A stretch of DNA of 64,000 nt from a bacterium (GCA_030615605.1 JAUWYY010000008.1:26323-90322), one strand, 5' to 3'; positions 17,604-27,874 are shown, counted from the first letter of the stretch. The notes: generated by a model from the sequence alone, not told the origin. Made by a program: numbers and translations.

Positions 17604-18437
17604 CTACTCGGCCGCCACCCCCTCCGCCCACTCGCGGACCAAGTGACGAATGGTCTCCAAATTATCCTCTTCGTATCCCTTGTACAGCTTTTGCAGCACA
17701 TCGGTGGGTGGGTAGCTCAGCTCATCACTCTTAAGTATGAGACACTCGCGGCCAAGCAAGTGCATCATGCCAAGTTCGTAAGCCACACTCGGGTTTACCT
17801 GTTGCTCTGGTTCTGGAGCGTCGAACAATGCAACACCATACTTGCAGCAAATCAAGCAAGCTATCGGGTTGTACAGGTCATCGATAAGATCCAGATCCCC
17901 TGCCCATACAGGATTCAGACCCCTTTGGCGCAGTGCTTCCTGGATCATGGCCCGATGACCAACATTCTCATTTCGGTCCTTCGCCATTATGAATGCGTTT
18001 CGCTGAAATGGGTTCGCGGAAAGGAAGGATTGTAGTCTGTGTTCGTGACCTACCAATGCGTCCGGGAGTGGTACTCTCTCGGGAAGAACAGCGGCCAATG
18101 ATCCCGTCAATGGTTCTCCACCTTTCCCAGCTGCTCTCTTCGTGGCCATCTGGATGCCTCTCAGAACCGCATTGGCGTCAGAGGCAACCAACTTCAGATG
18201 CCTGACGACGTCCGGCTCGGATTCCCCTCTCCTGAGAGTGATCGAGATTGTCTGGAAATCCTGGAAGACCGAAGGAAAGAAGCGTGACAGCTTCTCGTGA
18301 AGCTCATTGTACCGGTCGATGAGTCTTTCATAGTCGTAAGGATCATTGTCTGCCAGATCACGGTTAGCCTCTTCGACGAGCTGCTCAAGTCGCGTGACTA
18401 ACAAATTGCACTCCATGTCGTCCGGTATGACTTCCAT
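17604..18437 (-). CDS. Protein with C-terminal TIR-like / nucleoside deoxyribosyltransferase-like domain
   Basis: AFIM...NPSVAYELGMMHLLGRECLILK...PTD motif; helical N-terminal half. Confidence 0.65.
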   Translation of the reverse strand: MEVIPDDMECNLLVTRLEQLVEEANRDLADNDPYDYERLIDRYNELHEKLSRFFPSVFQDFQTISITLRRGESEPDVVRHLKLVASDANAVLRGIQMATKRAAGKGGEPLTGSLAAVLPERVPLPDALVGHEHRLQSFLSANPFQRNAFIMAKDRNENVGHRAMIQEALRQRGLNPVWAGDLDLIDDLYNPIACLICCKYGVALFDAPEPEQQVNPSVAYELGMMHLLGRECLILKSDELSYPPTDVLQKLYKGYEEDNLETIRHLVREWAEGVAAE

Positions 18438-18495
18438 AGCTCAGAATACCTCCATCTTCGAATGTGGTCTCTTCAATTCATTGTGCCACGGGTGT

Positions 18496-20133
18496 CTAGT
18501 GCCAGAAGTGGCGCATGCCGGTGAAGACCATGACCAGCCCGTGTTCGTTGGCCGCAGCGATGACCTCCTCGTCAGCGCGCGAGCCGCCTGGCTGGATAAT
18601 CGCCTCGGCACCCGTGGCCGCTGCTGCATCCAGGCCGTCGCGGGCCGGGAACATCGCATCAGACGCCAGCACGGCCCCCTGGGCGCGTTGGCCTGCTTTG
18701 CGGGCAGCAAGCAGGCACGAGTCAATCCGGCTCATCTGCCCGGCGCCACAGCCGACCAGCCGTGTGCCTTGCACCAGGACAATGGCGTTGCTCTTCACAT
18801 GCTTGGCGACGCGATCGGCAAACACCAGCGACTGGAGTTGCTCGGGCGTCGGCTGCTTTTCTGTCACTATCTGCAGGTCATCAGAGCTGCCGAAAGCGCG
18901 GTCCTCGTCCTGCACTACCAGCCCGCCGGGGATCTTTTTCAGATCGAAATCGGGCTGGGCGGGCGCCTCGAACTGGTCCATCTGCATTATGCGCAGGTTC
19001 TTGTGCTGGCGCAGAATCTCCAGCGCCTCCGGCTCATAGCCAGGAGCAATCAGCGCCTCTACGAACGCGCTGATGATCATTGATTCCTCGTCGCCGGATT
19101 CCTCGCGATACCGCGGCTCGATCACCTCCCGCAGGAATTTCTTCCTGCCGATCATTTGAGCGGTTTCGACATCAATAATCCGATTGAAACCCAGCACCGA
19201 GCCGAACGCCGAGATCGGGTCGCTGGCCCAGGCATCCTGAAAGGCCTGCCCTAGCGTCGCGGCGCTGGCCAGCCCACAGGGGTTGAGGTGCTTGATGATT
19301 ACGGCAGTCGGCTCGTCGAAATCACGGGCCGTAGTCAGCGCAGCGGTCAGGTCCAGATAGTTGTTGAAGGACAGGTCGCGATCACCGTGAATCTTCTCGG
19401 CGCGCGCCAGACCAGCCTCAGCAGCGTCAACCTGGGCATAGACAGCCGCCTGCTGGTGGGAGTTTTCTCCGTAGCGCAGATCACTGCCTTGCTTGACGTA
19501 CCAGGGGGCAAAGTAGCTCGGAAATTCGCTGTCCTCTTCGGCAAACTGCCGGGAAAGGTATTGCGCGATAGCCGCATCGTACTGGCCGGTGTGCGCGAAA
19601 ACCTCCAGGGCCAGTTGCCGGCGAGTCTCCAGCGACAGGGCGCCATCGTTGGCCTGCATCTCAGCAATTATCTCATCATAGCGGTCGGGATTACACACCA
19701 CTGCCACGCTGGCAAAGTTCTTGGCCGCCGAGCGCAGCATGGTCGGCCCGCCGATGTCAATATTTTCGACGGCATCTTCCAGCGTCACATCGGATTTCGC
19801 GATAGTCTGGCGGAACGGGTACAGATTGACCACTACCAGGTCAATTAGCTCAATGCCGTGCTCTTTGGCCTCTTCCAGGTGCTGCGCGATATCTCGATTG
19901 GCCAGTAGTGCGCCGTGAATCTTGGGATGCAGCGTCTTAACGCGTCCCTCCATCATCTCGGGAAAGCCAGTGTAGTCTTCCACCGCGGTCACCGGCACGC
20001 CCCCGTCCTGCAGAGCGCGCATAGTCCCGCCAGTGGAGAGGATGGCCACACCCATTTCATGTAACTGTTGGGCAAACTCGGCAATATTGGTCTTGTCCGA
20101 AACGCTGACAAGGGCGCGTCGTATCTTTTGCAT
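18496..20133 (-). CDS. purH: Bifunctional AICAR transformylase/IMP cyclohydrolase
   Basis: RALVSVSDK, GRVKTLHPKIHG, IDIGGP, LRYGENSHQ, GAGQMSR, FTGMRHF. Confidence 0.97.
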   Translation of the reverse strand: MQKIRRALVSVSDKTNIAEFAQQLHEMGVAILSTGGTMRALQDGGVPVTAVEDYTGFPEMMEGRVKTLHPKIHGALLANRDIAQHLEEAKEHGIELIDLVVVNLYPFRQTIAKSDVTLEDAVENIDIGGPTMLRSAAKNFASVAVVCNPDRYDEIIAEMQANDGALSLETRRQLALEVFAHTGQYDAAIAQYLSRQFAEEDSEFPSYFAPWYVKQGSDLRYGENSHQQAAVYAQVDAAEAGLARAEKIHGDRDLSFNNYLDLTAALTTARDFDEPTAVIIKHLNPCGLASAATLGQAFQDAWASDPISAFGSVLGFNRIIDVETAQMIGRKKFLREVIEPRYREESGDEESMIISAFVEALIAPGYEPEALEILRQHKNLRIMQMDQFEAPAQPDFDLKKIPGGLVVQDEDRAFGSSDDLQIVTEKQPTPEQLQSLVFADRVAKHVKSNAIVLVQGTRLVGCGAGQMSRIDSCLLAARKAGQRAQGAVLASDAMFPARDGLDAAAATGAEAIIQPGGSRADEEVIAAANEHGLVMVFTGMRHFWH

Positions 20134-20136
20134 GTT

Positions 20137-21072
20137 TCATCCTCCTATATTTACAGTCAGGCCTAAGCTGCGTAACAGCGCAACTAACTGCTGCAGGTAG
20201 GACTCACTTTGCACTTGGGCATCCGCAAGCGGATACTCCTGCTGCATCCACGTGTATTTGCCTGATGAAGCCGGGTTAAAGGGCAGTAGCCAGACACGGT
20301 CTATGCCCAGTTTCTTCCACAGATGCCCGACAGCCTTAACGTCTTCAGGAGCGTCGGTGTAGCCCGGAATAAGCGGCAGCCGCCCGACGACCTCCGGGGC
20401 CAGCTCCGCCAGCCGCCGCAAGTTATCCAGAATCGCCTGATTGGATTGCCCCGTAAACTCCAGGTGGTGCTGATCATCAATGAGTTTTACATCATACAAG
20501 AAAAGGTCGGTCACTGAGGCTAACTTCTCCAGCGAGTCCCAGGGAGCAAAGCCACAGGTCTCCACTGCCACATGTATTCCCTGCGCCTGGCAAAGCGCGG
20601 CTACCGCGCAGGCGAAGTCGGGCTGCATCAATGGCTCTCCGCCGGTCAGAGTCACACCGCCGCCGGTGCGTCGGAAGAAGGGGATAAGCCGGACAGCCTC
20701 GTCAGCTATAGTCCCGGCCGTAGTCTGCTCACCTTTGACAACCAACGCACGATTGGGGCACTGCTGCACACAGAGCAAACAATCCAAGCAGTCCTCGGGG
20801 CGCTCATCAGCGGGCATCTGTGCAGGATCAAATCCTTGGGGACAGATCTGGGCACAAGTGCCGCAGTCGTCGCACCGCGTGTCTAACCAGACTATCTGCG
20901 GCTGGGGGGCAACCGACTCGGGACTGTGACACCACAAGCAGCGTAGGGGACAGCCTTTGAGGTACACATTCATACGCAGCCCGGGGCCATCGTGGGTGGC
21001 AGTCTGATCAATATCAAAGATAGTACCGGAAACTTCTCGCAGTGTCGGGTCAATCTTTTCCGATGACGCCAT
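20137..21072 (-). CDS. Glycyl-radical enzyme activating radical SAM protein
   Basis: HDGPGLR...KGCPLRCLWCHSPES, inserted ferredoxin CxxCxxCxxxC domain, TGGEP. Confidence 0.93.
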   Translation of the reverse strand: MASSEKIDPTLREVSGTIFDIDQTATHDGPGLRMNVYLKGCPLRCLWCHSPESVAPQPQIVWLDTRCDDCGTCAQICPQGFDPAQMPADERPEDCLDCLLCVQQCPNRALVVKGEQTTAGTIADEAVRLIPFFRRTGGGVTLTGGEPLMQPDFACAVAALCQAQGIHVAVETCGFAPWDSLEKLASVTDLFLYDVKLIDDQHHLEFTGQSNQAILDNLRRLAELAPEVVGRLPLIPGYTDAPEDVKAVGHLWKKLGIDRVWLLPFNPASSGKYTWMQQEYPLADAQVQSESYLQQLVALLRSLGLTVNIGG

Positions 21073-23286
21073 TCAAAGCCCTAACTCCGTGCGGGCGATG
21101 ACTTCTTCCTGGGCATACTCATCTAGTAGCACGAACGGCACCAGGTAGCCGCCGACACGGATAAATACATCCTCGTGTTCCTTGGGATTTTGCTGCGCCG
21201 CCCGCAATAGTCCAGTGCTGACCAGGTCAATGTACAGCATAAAGGTTCCCAGCTCAAAGCTGGTTTCGATAAAGCCTTTTAGCCGGTCCACACCTGCTTC
21301 AGTGTCCAGCAACTTGCTGCCAAAGCGTAGGTTAAAGGTTATCCCACCTAGGCCGCGGGCCTGGTCAAATTCACTGGCCGACAGAATAACGGCAGGCGCC
21401 CCCTTGGCAGCAACTCCGGGGCTAGGGGCAAAAGAGTTAGCCATCGGCTCCCCCGCCTTGCGCCCGTCAGGAGTGGCGGGAGTATTCTTGCCAAATTCTA
21501 TCCATCTCGTCCAGCCCAGGAAGCCGGGCAGGACCGGCCCGCCCAGGTAGTTTTTGTGTCCCTCTATGGCGCTGCACCAGCCTCCGGCAACCTCATCAAA
21601 CAGGGCATTAATCTCCTGGTCATCGTTGCCGTACTTAGGGCAGTCAAACATAATAGCGCGCCGCAGTTCCTCGTGGCCTTGAAAGTCATCCGCCAGGGCC
21701 TGGCGAAAGTCATCAATGGTGAATCGTTGCTGGTCCTCAACCAGAGTCTTGACGGCAGCCAGCCCATCTACCACGTTGGGAGTACCGACCCCCTCGGGCT
21801 GTAAGAAGTTATACAGAGCACCACCCTCACAAATGTTACGCCCCGTCTCCAGACAGCCCTGTATGAAGCAGGAGAGCAGAGGAAAGGGCCGATACCAGGA
21901 GGAAAGGGCTTGGTAGCCATTGCCCTTTTCGATGGCGTGGTGTGCTTCATACTCTAGTTGGTAGGCCAGAGCCTCACGCAGCTCCTGGTAAGTCTGTGGC
22001 AGACCGCTTCCTAGTCGTTCCGGGATGCCTTCAAAGGGAGGTTTACCATCATATAGCGCATGGAGCAGACACATAGGAAGGTTGCAGTACGGGAAGGCCA
22101 CCCAGGGGTTAGAGCGCCCCATAATTGAGGTCTCGGTGCAGGTACTGGGCAGATGATCCACCGCGTGTTCGTAGGGAACGCCATAGCGACCCAGGCCCTC
22201 GATTATGAGGTCACTGTTGACGAACGCCGGCTGGCCCTTCATATTCCCCAGCAGGCGGCAGGCCGCGCGCATGAATTCTTCGTCAATGTCAGCATGCCAG
22301 GAAACGTCAACGCCCGGTTGGTTCAAGCGCACTCGATCCGAGGCTTCCAAACACTTGAATGACAGCTCATTAGTCCCATCGGTGCCATCCGGTTTTCGGC
22401 CACCGACTACCACAATGAGAGCAACCATTTCCAGAGGACCAAACTCATTGTATTTGATGAAAAACTGCTCCAACAGCGTATCAACTAGGTTATCGTCCAG
22501 TATTCCTGCTTCTCGGTCCCTTACGTAGTAGGGGTATAGATATTGGTCCATACGTCCAGCCCCGAAGCACCAATGCGAGTGGCTGCTTTCAATAGCTACG
22601 GCCAAGAAAAGAAACCAGGTAAGCTGGATGGCCTCGCGGAAATTGCGCGCGGGCCCGGTGGCCAGGTGCTCACAGATGACGGCAATATCAGTAAGATCGG
22701 CGGCCCATTCGGAGTCTTCGGTCTCCTGGGCCATTGTTGCGGCTAGCTGAGCATAGCACCTGATCAAACTCTGCAAAGCGCGCAACGAGATGGCGGCGGT
22801 CTGGTATAAGATATTGCTGCCGGGCGCGCGCGGATCAGTAGGGCCGCATTGCTGCTCCCGCTTTACCACCTCGTCGTAGATAGCTTGCAAGCCGCGGCGC
22901 AGTACGGTGGGATAATCAGGCGCCATATGCCCCTCCGAGGCGGAGACGCAGAAGCAGGAATCTGGACGATAACCTAAGCAGTTCTGCGTCGCCAGATACT
23001 GTTCGGCTTCCTGGATCTCCTTTTGCATCTTCTCATCGGGATGGGTACTAGGGTGCCAGCCTACTAGCCGCTCACCAAGTCGGATCTTAATAGGCATGTT
23101 AGCAAATATATGCTCGCTAGCCCGCGCCACCCGTATCGACCGAACGGGCTCTCCTTCAGTCTCGTGAAACGACTGGGCCGCCAGGATGTGCCGCTCCAGG
23201 AATGCTTGGGCATTGGCTACTACGTCTTCGCGCAACCGCCGACTGCCTTGTTCTAGTATGGAAGTAGTGCTTACTGCGGTCTCCAT
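21073..23286 (-). CDS. Glycyl radical enzyme (PFL-like superfamily), substrate unknown
   Basis: GH..PDY, GRMDQYLYPY, Cys loop STCTE, PKYGND, ATPDGRKAG, Gly loop IRVGGY; start 23286 chosen because the promoter overlaps 23349. Confidence 0.9.
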   Translation of the reverse strand: METAVSTTSILEQGSRRLREDVVANAQAFLERHILAAQSFHETEGEPVRSIRVARASEHIFANMPIKIRLGERLVGWHPSTHPDEKMQKEIQEAEQYLATQNCLGYRPDSCFCVSASEGHMAPDYPTVLRRGLQAIYDEVVKREQQCGPTDPRAPGSNILYQTAAISLRALQSLIRCYAQLAATMAQETEDSEWAADLTDIAVICEHLATGPARNFREAIQLTWFLFLAVAIESSHSHWCFGAGRMDQYLYPYYVRDREAGILDDNLVDTLLEQFFIKYNEFGPLEMVALIVVVGGRKPDGTDGTNELSFKCLEASDRVRLNQPGVDVSWHADIDEEFMRAACRLLGNMKGQPAFVNSDLIIEGLGRYGVPYEHAVDHLPSTCTETSIMGRSNPWVAFPYCNLPMCLLHALYDGKPPFEGIPERLGSGLPQTYQELREALAYQLEYEAHHAIEKGNGYQALSSWYRPFPLLSCFIQGCLETGRNICEGGALYNFLQPEGVGTPNVVDGLAAVKTLVEDQQRFTIDDFRQALADDFQGHEELRRAIMFDCPKYGNDDQEINALFDEVAGGWCSAIEGHKNYLGGPVLPGFLGWTRWIEFGKNTPATPDGRKAGEPMANSFAPSPGVAAKGAPAVILSASEFDQARGLGGITFNLRFGSKLLDTEAGVDRLKGFIETSFELGTFMLYIDLVSTGLLRAAQQNPKEHEDVFIRVGGYLVPFVLLDEYAQEEVIARTELGL

Positions 23287-23339
23287 ATTACCTGCGCCCT
23301 CGCTTGCTAATATTGGGGGAGCTTTTGACGCTGACGGGG

Positions 23340-23368
23340 ATTGTATCACTTTGATAGATGGCTGTCAA
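23340..23368 (-). promoter_or_regulatory. Near-consensus sigma70 promoter for GRE-activase(-purH)
   Basis: Minus strand TTGACA-17 nt-TACAAT with extended TG. Confidence 0.7.
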
Positions 23369-23393
23369 AGTTCTCAGGGGATACCGATCCCGT

Positions 23394-24419
23394 CTAGAAC
23401 TCATATTCGCGGGCACGGTGCAGTAGATAGAGGAAGAAGGGAGCACCGATGATTGAGGTTACAATACCGATGGGGATTTCACCGGCCATGTTGGCGGCGA
23501 TGTCGGCCAGGCCGAGTATGACACCACCGCCCAGGAAGCACAGAGGAAGCAGAATTCGATGCTGCGGGCCGACCAGCAGGCGCATCAAGTGGGGAACAAT
23601 CAGCCCGATGAAGCCGATGGCACCGGTGACGGCAACCGCCGCTGCTGCCAATAGCGAGGCCAGCGTCAACAGAATCAGCTTGACCCGCTCAACCGGCACG
23701 CCCAGGTAGTAGGCCTGCTCATCACCCATCAGCAGCACGTCCAGCTCGCGGGCGTAGAAGTAGACGACCACCGAGGCTCCTATGGCATATGGCAGAATCA
23801 TCTGCACTTCCGGCCAGCCGCGGTTGGCCAGGCTGCCCATCATCCAGATAATGACCAGATCCAAATCACCCTGCTGGCCACGGATAAGAATAAACGAGGA
23901 GACAGCCGAGGCTAGCGAGCCCAGCGCAATACCGGTCAGCAGGAGCAGCGTGATTGGCGTCCGTCCCCCCCGCCGTGAGAGCAGGTACACGGCTGCTGAG
24001 ACGACCAGCGCGCCAGCAAAGGCAGCCAGCGGCACTGAGCTGAGCCCCAGGAGAGTCACCTGCCAGCCAAGCATAATGGCCCCCGTAGCACCCAGCGTCG
24101 CCCCGGCTGATACGCCCAGGATTGACGGAGCGGCCATCGGATTCTGAAAGAAGCTCTGCATCACTGCTCCGGCCACAGCCAGCGCGGCTCCCACCAGCAG
24201 TGCCAGGATCAGACGCGGCAGGCGAATGTCGAGCACTATGGCCTGCTCGGTGGCAGTTGCCTGCGGTGCCAGGCTGCTCAGGCCAGGTAGGCGGCTGACC
24301 AGTATGCGCATCGCCTTGTGCGGAGGAAGCGCGGAAGGGCCGGTCGCCAGAGAGATGGCGACCGTGGCAATCAGCAGCAATACCAGGCCGGCTGTCACCA
24401 GCGCCTGCCGCCGATTCAT
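23394..24419 (-). CDS. FecCD/BtuC-family ABC permease
   Basis: IRLPR, QNPMA.P.ILGVSAGA, GFIGLIVPH, EIPIG. Confidence 0.93.
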   Translation of the reverse strand: MNRRQALVTAGLVLLLIATVAISLATGPSALPPHKAMRILVSRLPGLSSLAPQATATEQAIVLDIRLPRLILALLVGAALAVAGAVMQSFFQNPMAAPSILGVSAGATLGATGAIMLGWQVTLLGLSSVPLAAFAGALVVSAAVYLLSRRGGRTPITLLLLTGIALGSLASAVSSFILIRGQQGDLDLVIIWMMGSLANRGWPEVQMILPYAIGASVVVYFYARELDVLLMGDEQAYYLGVPVERVKLILLTLASLLAAAAVAVTGAIGFIGLIVPHLMRLLVGPQHRILLPLCFLGGGVILGLADIAANMAGEIPIGIVTSIIGAPFFLYLLHRAREYEF

Positions 24420-25234
24420 ATCTGCTCATCCTCGGTAGCGGAAACGTCGGGAATGAGGCTGACCCGGGGCGCGCCGCCTGGGCCAGTATCTACCTGTACC
24501 TCCGCGTGGTAGACTTCAGCAATCATCTCGGCGGTAACTACCGTTTGCGGCGGGCCCTGGGTGTGGACGCGGCCTTCGCAGAGCACTATCAGGCGCTGGC
24601 AGTACTGAGCGGCCAGATTCAGGTCATGTGAGACGCAGACTATCGTTTTTTGCTCATTCTGGTTAAAGCGAGTGAGCAGCTCGAAGATTTCGTGCTGGTG
24701 ATTGATGTCCAGGAAGGCGGTTGGCTCGTCCAACAGTAGAATGTCGGCCTGCTGGGCGAAGGCGCGGGCCAGGCTTGCCCGCTGCAGCTCGCCACCAGAC
24801 AGTTCGGTGACCGGGCGGCTGGCCAGGTCGGTCAGATCGGCCAGCTCCATCGCTTGCCAGGCCACGTGCAGATCATCAGGGCCCTGCGCCTGCAGCCGGC
24901 CCAGATGCGGCGTGCGCCCCATCAACACGTAGTCTTCGACAGTAAAGGAGAAGATACTGCCACTGACCTGGGGGACGACCGCCACTCTTTGGGCAATCTG
25001 GCGACGCGAATAACTGCCCAGCGATCGCCCGGCCAGCACCACTACACCTGCGCTCAAGGGCAGTATGCCAGTCAGCGCCCGCAGCAGGGTGCTCTTTCCC
25101 GAGCCATTGGGCCCGATTAGCCCCACGAATTCGCCCCGACCCACGACGATAGTCACGCCGTGTAGCACATCACGACCGTCGTACCCGCAGACTACTTCTT
25201 CGGCTGTCAGTATCTGGTGTTGATTCACCATCAC
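24416..25234 (-). CDS. ABC transporter ATP-binding subunit (BtuD/FecE-like)
   Basis: GPNGSGKST, LSGGE, LLLDEPT, HDLNLA. Confidence 0.94.
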   Translation of the reverse strand: MMVNQHQILTAEEVVCGYDGRDVLHGVTIVVGRGEFVGLIGPNGSGKSTLLRALTGILPLSAGVVVLAGRSLGSYSRRQIAQRVAVVPQVSGSIFSFTVEDYVLMGRTPHLGRLQAQGPDDLHVAWQAMELADLTDLASRPVTELSGGELQRASLARAFAQQADILLLDEPTAFLDINHQHEIFELLTRFNQNEQKTIVCVSHDLNLAAQYCQRLIVLCEGRVHTQGPPQTVVTAEMIAEVYHAEVQVDTGPGGAPRVSLIPDVSATEDEQI

Positions 25235-25917
25235 GTTGGCTCAGACAATGCAGTCTTCTCAATTGACTCATACTGGCGAGTGTCCAACAGCCAATAACCT
25301 TCCCGCAGAACTTTCCGGGACTCAGAAATCTCTATCCTTTGTTCAAAGAGAGGCCCGTCGGTCACAAAGGTATGGTATTCACCGTTCTCACCGCAGGGCT
25401 CGATATCGCTTTCTTGCAGGTAACTCAGGAACTCTCTGTCCACCGTCTGCCCCACCCACTCTTCGTCAATTAAGTCAGATTTAGCACTGACTATGGTTGC
25501 TTCGAAGCCCACATCTATGAATTCGGTCAGAACATCTTCAGAGTCCCTTCCCCAAAGGGGCTCGATTGAGTGAATCCCCAACTCGCGGCAAACTCTTTCC
25601 GTCCAACCCTTGTGCTCTTCCAGGAATATGTCGCCAAAGACCATGGCCTCTACGCCATCACCAAGTAGGCTTCGCACCGCTTTCTTAAACGCCTGCTCAT
25701 ATCCGTCGTCGGGAGTCGGATTCTGAATAAGGGGGATGCCCACTGCCTGAGACTGCAGTTGGATTAACTTGGCTTCCGTCCCGTGAAAGCGTACCCTTTG
25801 ATACTCTTGGGAGATGAAATTCACTAAGTAGGCCACATCATAGCTCTGCGCCATCGCTGTATAACAGGCTAAGCAGCTGTCTTTGCCGCCGCTCCACGAG
25901 ACGATGACTTTGCTCAT
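25231..25917 (-). CDS. Diphthine-ammonia ligase-like PP-loop ATPase (Dph6/DUF71 family)
   Basis: SWSGGKDS, FGDI, PLW, PCGENGEYHTFV.DGP.F. Confidence 0.88.
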   Translation of the reverse strand: MSKVIVSWSGGKDSCLACYTAMAQSYDVAYLVNFISQEYQRVRFHGTEAKLIQLQSQAVGIPLIQNPTPDDGYEQAFKKAVRSLLGDGVEAMVFGDIFLEEHKGWTERVCRELGIHSIEPLWGRDSEDVLTEFIDVGFEATIVSAKSDLIDEEWVGQTVDREFLSYLQESDIEPCGENGEYHTFVTDGPLFEQRIEISESRKVLREGYWLLDTRQYESIEKTALSEPT

Positions 25918-25967
25918 AGTAATGACCTTTACCCCTCAAGCTCAGAGGCGTTGCACGGCCCTCTTTG

Positions 25968-27044
25968 TCATTGTTCGGGTTGAATGGTGTATTGCCCCGC
26001 AGCCTCGCCTATAAGCTGGCTAATCTCCTCAAGCCCCTCGATCAGTCGCGGGCCGGGGATAGTCACCAGATCGTCGTTGATGAGGTGAACTTGTCCAGCT
26101 TTAACTGCCGCCACCTCTCGCCAGGCGGGCAGGGCCTGGAGCTGGACGAGAATGTCCCGGGATCTCTCCGGCTGCTCCACTCCGTGCCTCTGGGCAATGA
26201 TAACCAGTTGCGGGTCAGCGGCTACCACCGCCTCCCGCGAGGCCTGCGGCCAGGGACGGGTCTTATCAATGGTGCTCACGTCGCGGATGGCGTTGCGTGC
26301 CCCACAGGTGCCGAGCATATCGTCCACAAAGCTGGTGGCCCCGGCCACGAACAGCGGGTCGCGTGACAGAACGAAGAGCACCCGCAGCTTGTTGTCCGCG
26401 CCTCGATGCTGGGCGGCTACGCTGGCTTTGCGCTCAGCCAGGGCCTCAGCGGCCTCCCTGCCTTGCTGGTCATGACCGGTGATTCGGCCAATGCGCCGCA
26501 CCAGAGCGATGACATCCTCCAGCGTCTGGGGATCGTAGCCCAGCACGGGGATCGCCACCTCATCAACCTTGCACCAGCCACCCCTGCGCATTGTCAGCCG
26601 CTTAATAAATGCGGCGTCCACCCCGCGGGCGGCCAGTACCAGGTCAGGCTCAAGGCTGATTAGCTTCTCCAGACTGGGATTGATAATGCCGCCGATTGAC
26701 GGCCTGCCGAGGGCTGCAGGAGGATAGTCGCAGAAATCGGTTCGCCCGACCAGCTGGTCTTCGGCACCAACCAGAAACAGGATCTCGGTCAGGTTGGGTG
26801 ACAGGCTGACAATGCGCAGGGGTGGCTGCTGCAAGATTAAGGTATTGCCCAAATCGTCAGTGAACGAGCCGGGCCCTTCAGCGGTTGGCATGGGATTAGG
26901 CACCGTCCGGTTGTTTTTCGACGGTAAGGACTGACCTGCGCCGCCCCGAAAGGCGCCGAGAACAATCCCGACTACTGCCGTCAGGACCAACCCCCGGACT
27001 AGCATCTGAGCGACTGAACGCTTGGGTCGATTCAACTTAGACAT
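25968..27044 (-). CDS. BtuF-like cobalamin-binding protein
   Basis: RIVSLSPNLTEIL, DFCDYP, LEPDLV, PGPRL; downstream of a cobalamin riboswitch. Confidence 0.88.
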   Translation of the reverse strand: MSKLNRPKRSVAQMLVRGLVLTAVVGIVLGAFRGGAGQSLPSKNNRTVPNPMPTAEGPGSFTDDLGNTLILQQPPLRIVSLSPNLTEILFLVGAEDQLVGRTDFCDYPPAALGRPSIGGIINPSLEKLISLEPDLVLAARGVDAAFIKRLTMRRGGWCKVDEVAIPVLGYDPQTLEDVIALVRRIGRITGHDQQGREAAEALAERKASVAAQHRGADNKLRVLFVLSRDPLFVAGATSFVDDMLGTCGARNAIRDVSTIDKTRPWPQASREAVVAADPQLVIIAQRHGVEQPERSRDILVQLQALPAWREVAAVKAGQVHLINDDLVTIPGPRLIEGLEEISQLIGEAAGQYTIQPEQ

Positions 27045-27053
27045 AATAACTGC

Positions 27054-27776
27054 CTATTCCAGGTCGTAAGCGCTGTCGTCTTCCGACAGGTCAGCCAGCA
27101 AGTCGTCATTAGGGCTAACATTGAACTTCTGGGTAGCTGCTTTGGCATGCCCATCACAATAGGCCACATTTGCCGTCCCATTATGGCGGAAATGGACGTT
27201 GGGACCAGTGTTCCACATAACTCGAAAAGAGTCACCCGGCGCGCGCAGGTAGTTATTCAGACAGACGCCCATGCCGTCTATCCAGACGGCGCTGTCGCAC
27301 AACAACACGGTTTGGGTAGGGCGCGCGATGCCTCCCAATGTGGCTGGGGTAAGACCTTCGTCAGGCGAGCCGCCCACATAAGAAGCATTGTAAGCGTAGC
27401 CACTGTACGGTCGCCCCCATGATTCCAGCCCTTGTGCGGTCGGACACGCGTTGATCTGCTCATTACGCGTGTAAGGGCCGATCAGCCCCAGCCGATAAGT
27501 AGGGGGCCAGCCCGCGGTGTAGTAATCCCACGCCGAGGTCCAACTCCAGTCGGCTGCCATCACGTAGGCGAACGGCATTCGCTCATCATAATCCTGGGCA
27601 TACATCAGAAAAGCCAACGCAAGCTGCTTGACGTTGGACAGACAGCTCGTCTGGTGGGCCTTTTGCCTCGCCTGGGCAAACACCGGAAACAGCATCGCCG
27701 CCAGAATCGCGATGATCGCGATTACTACCAGTAGCTCAATGAGAGTGAAACCGTCCTTGGCTGTGGCTTTGAGCAT
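27054..27776 (-). CDS. DUF1559-type prepilin-like protein (N-methylation motif + H-X9-DG)
   Basis: [29 protein letters not shown]...CLSNVKQL...YAQDYDE; [14 protein letters not shown]; RBS GGGAG before ATG 27776. Confidence 0.92.
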   Translation of the reverse strand: MLKATAKDGFTLIELLVVIAIIAILAAMLFPVFAQARQKAHQTSCLSNVKQLALAFLMYAQDYDERMPFAYVMAADWSWTSAWDYYTAGWPPTYRLGLIGPYTRNEQINACPTAQGLESWGRPYSGYAYNASYVGGSPDEGLTPATLGGIARPTQTVLLCDSAVWIDGMGVCLNNYLRAPGDSFRVMWNTGPNVHFRHNGTANVAYCDGHAKAATQKFNVSPNDDLLADLSEDDSAYDLE

Positions 27777-27842
27777 AATATAGGATCTCCCTGCTTGGAA
27801 TGAGTTGGAACGACTCTGCCTCCGAGCGGGAGGGTGCCAATG

Positions 27843-27874
27843 AAAAAACCACCGCTCCCTCAGGGTGCGGTGGT
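27843..27874 (-). terminator. Intrinsic terminator in riboswitch leader (expression platform)
   Basis: Minus strand ACCACCGCACCC-TGA-GGGAGCGGTGGT followed by a T run. Confidence 0.75.

Noticed and set aside
20137-23286. GRE as a B12-independent enzyme under the cobalamin riboswitch
   Set aside because: It is co-oriented with the btu genes but has its own near-consensus promoter at 23340-23368; read-through is not excluded but unsupported.
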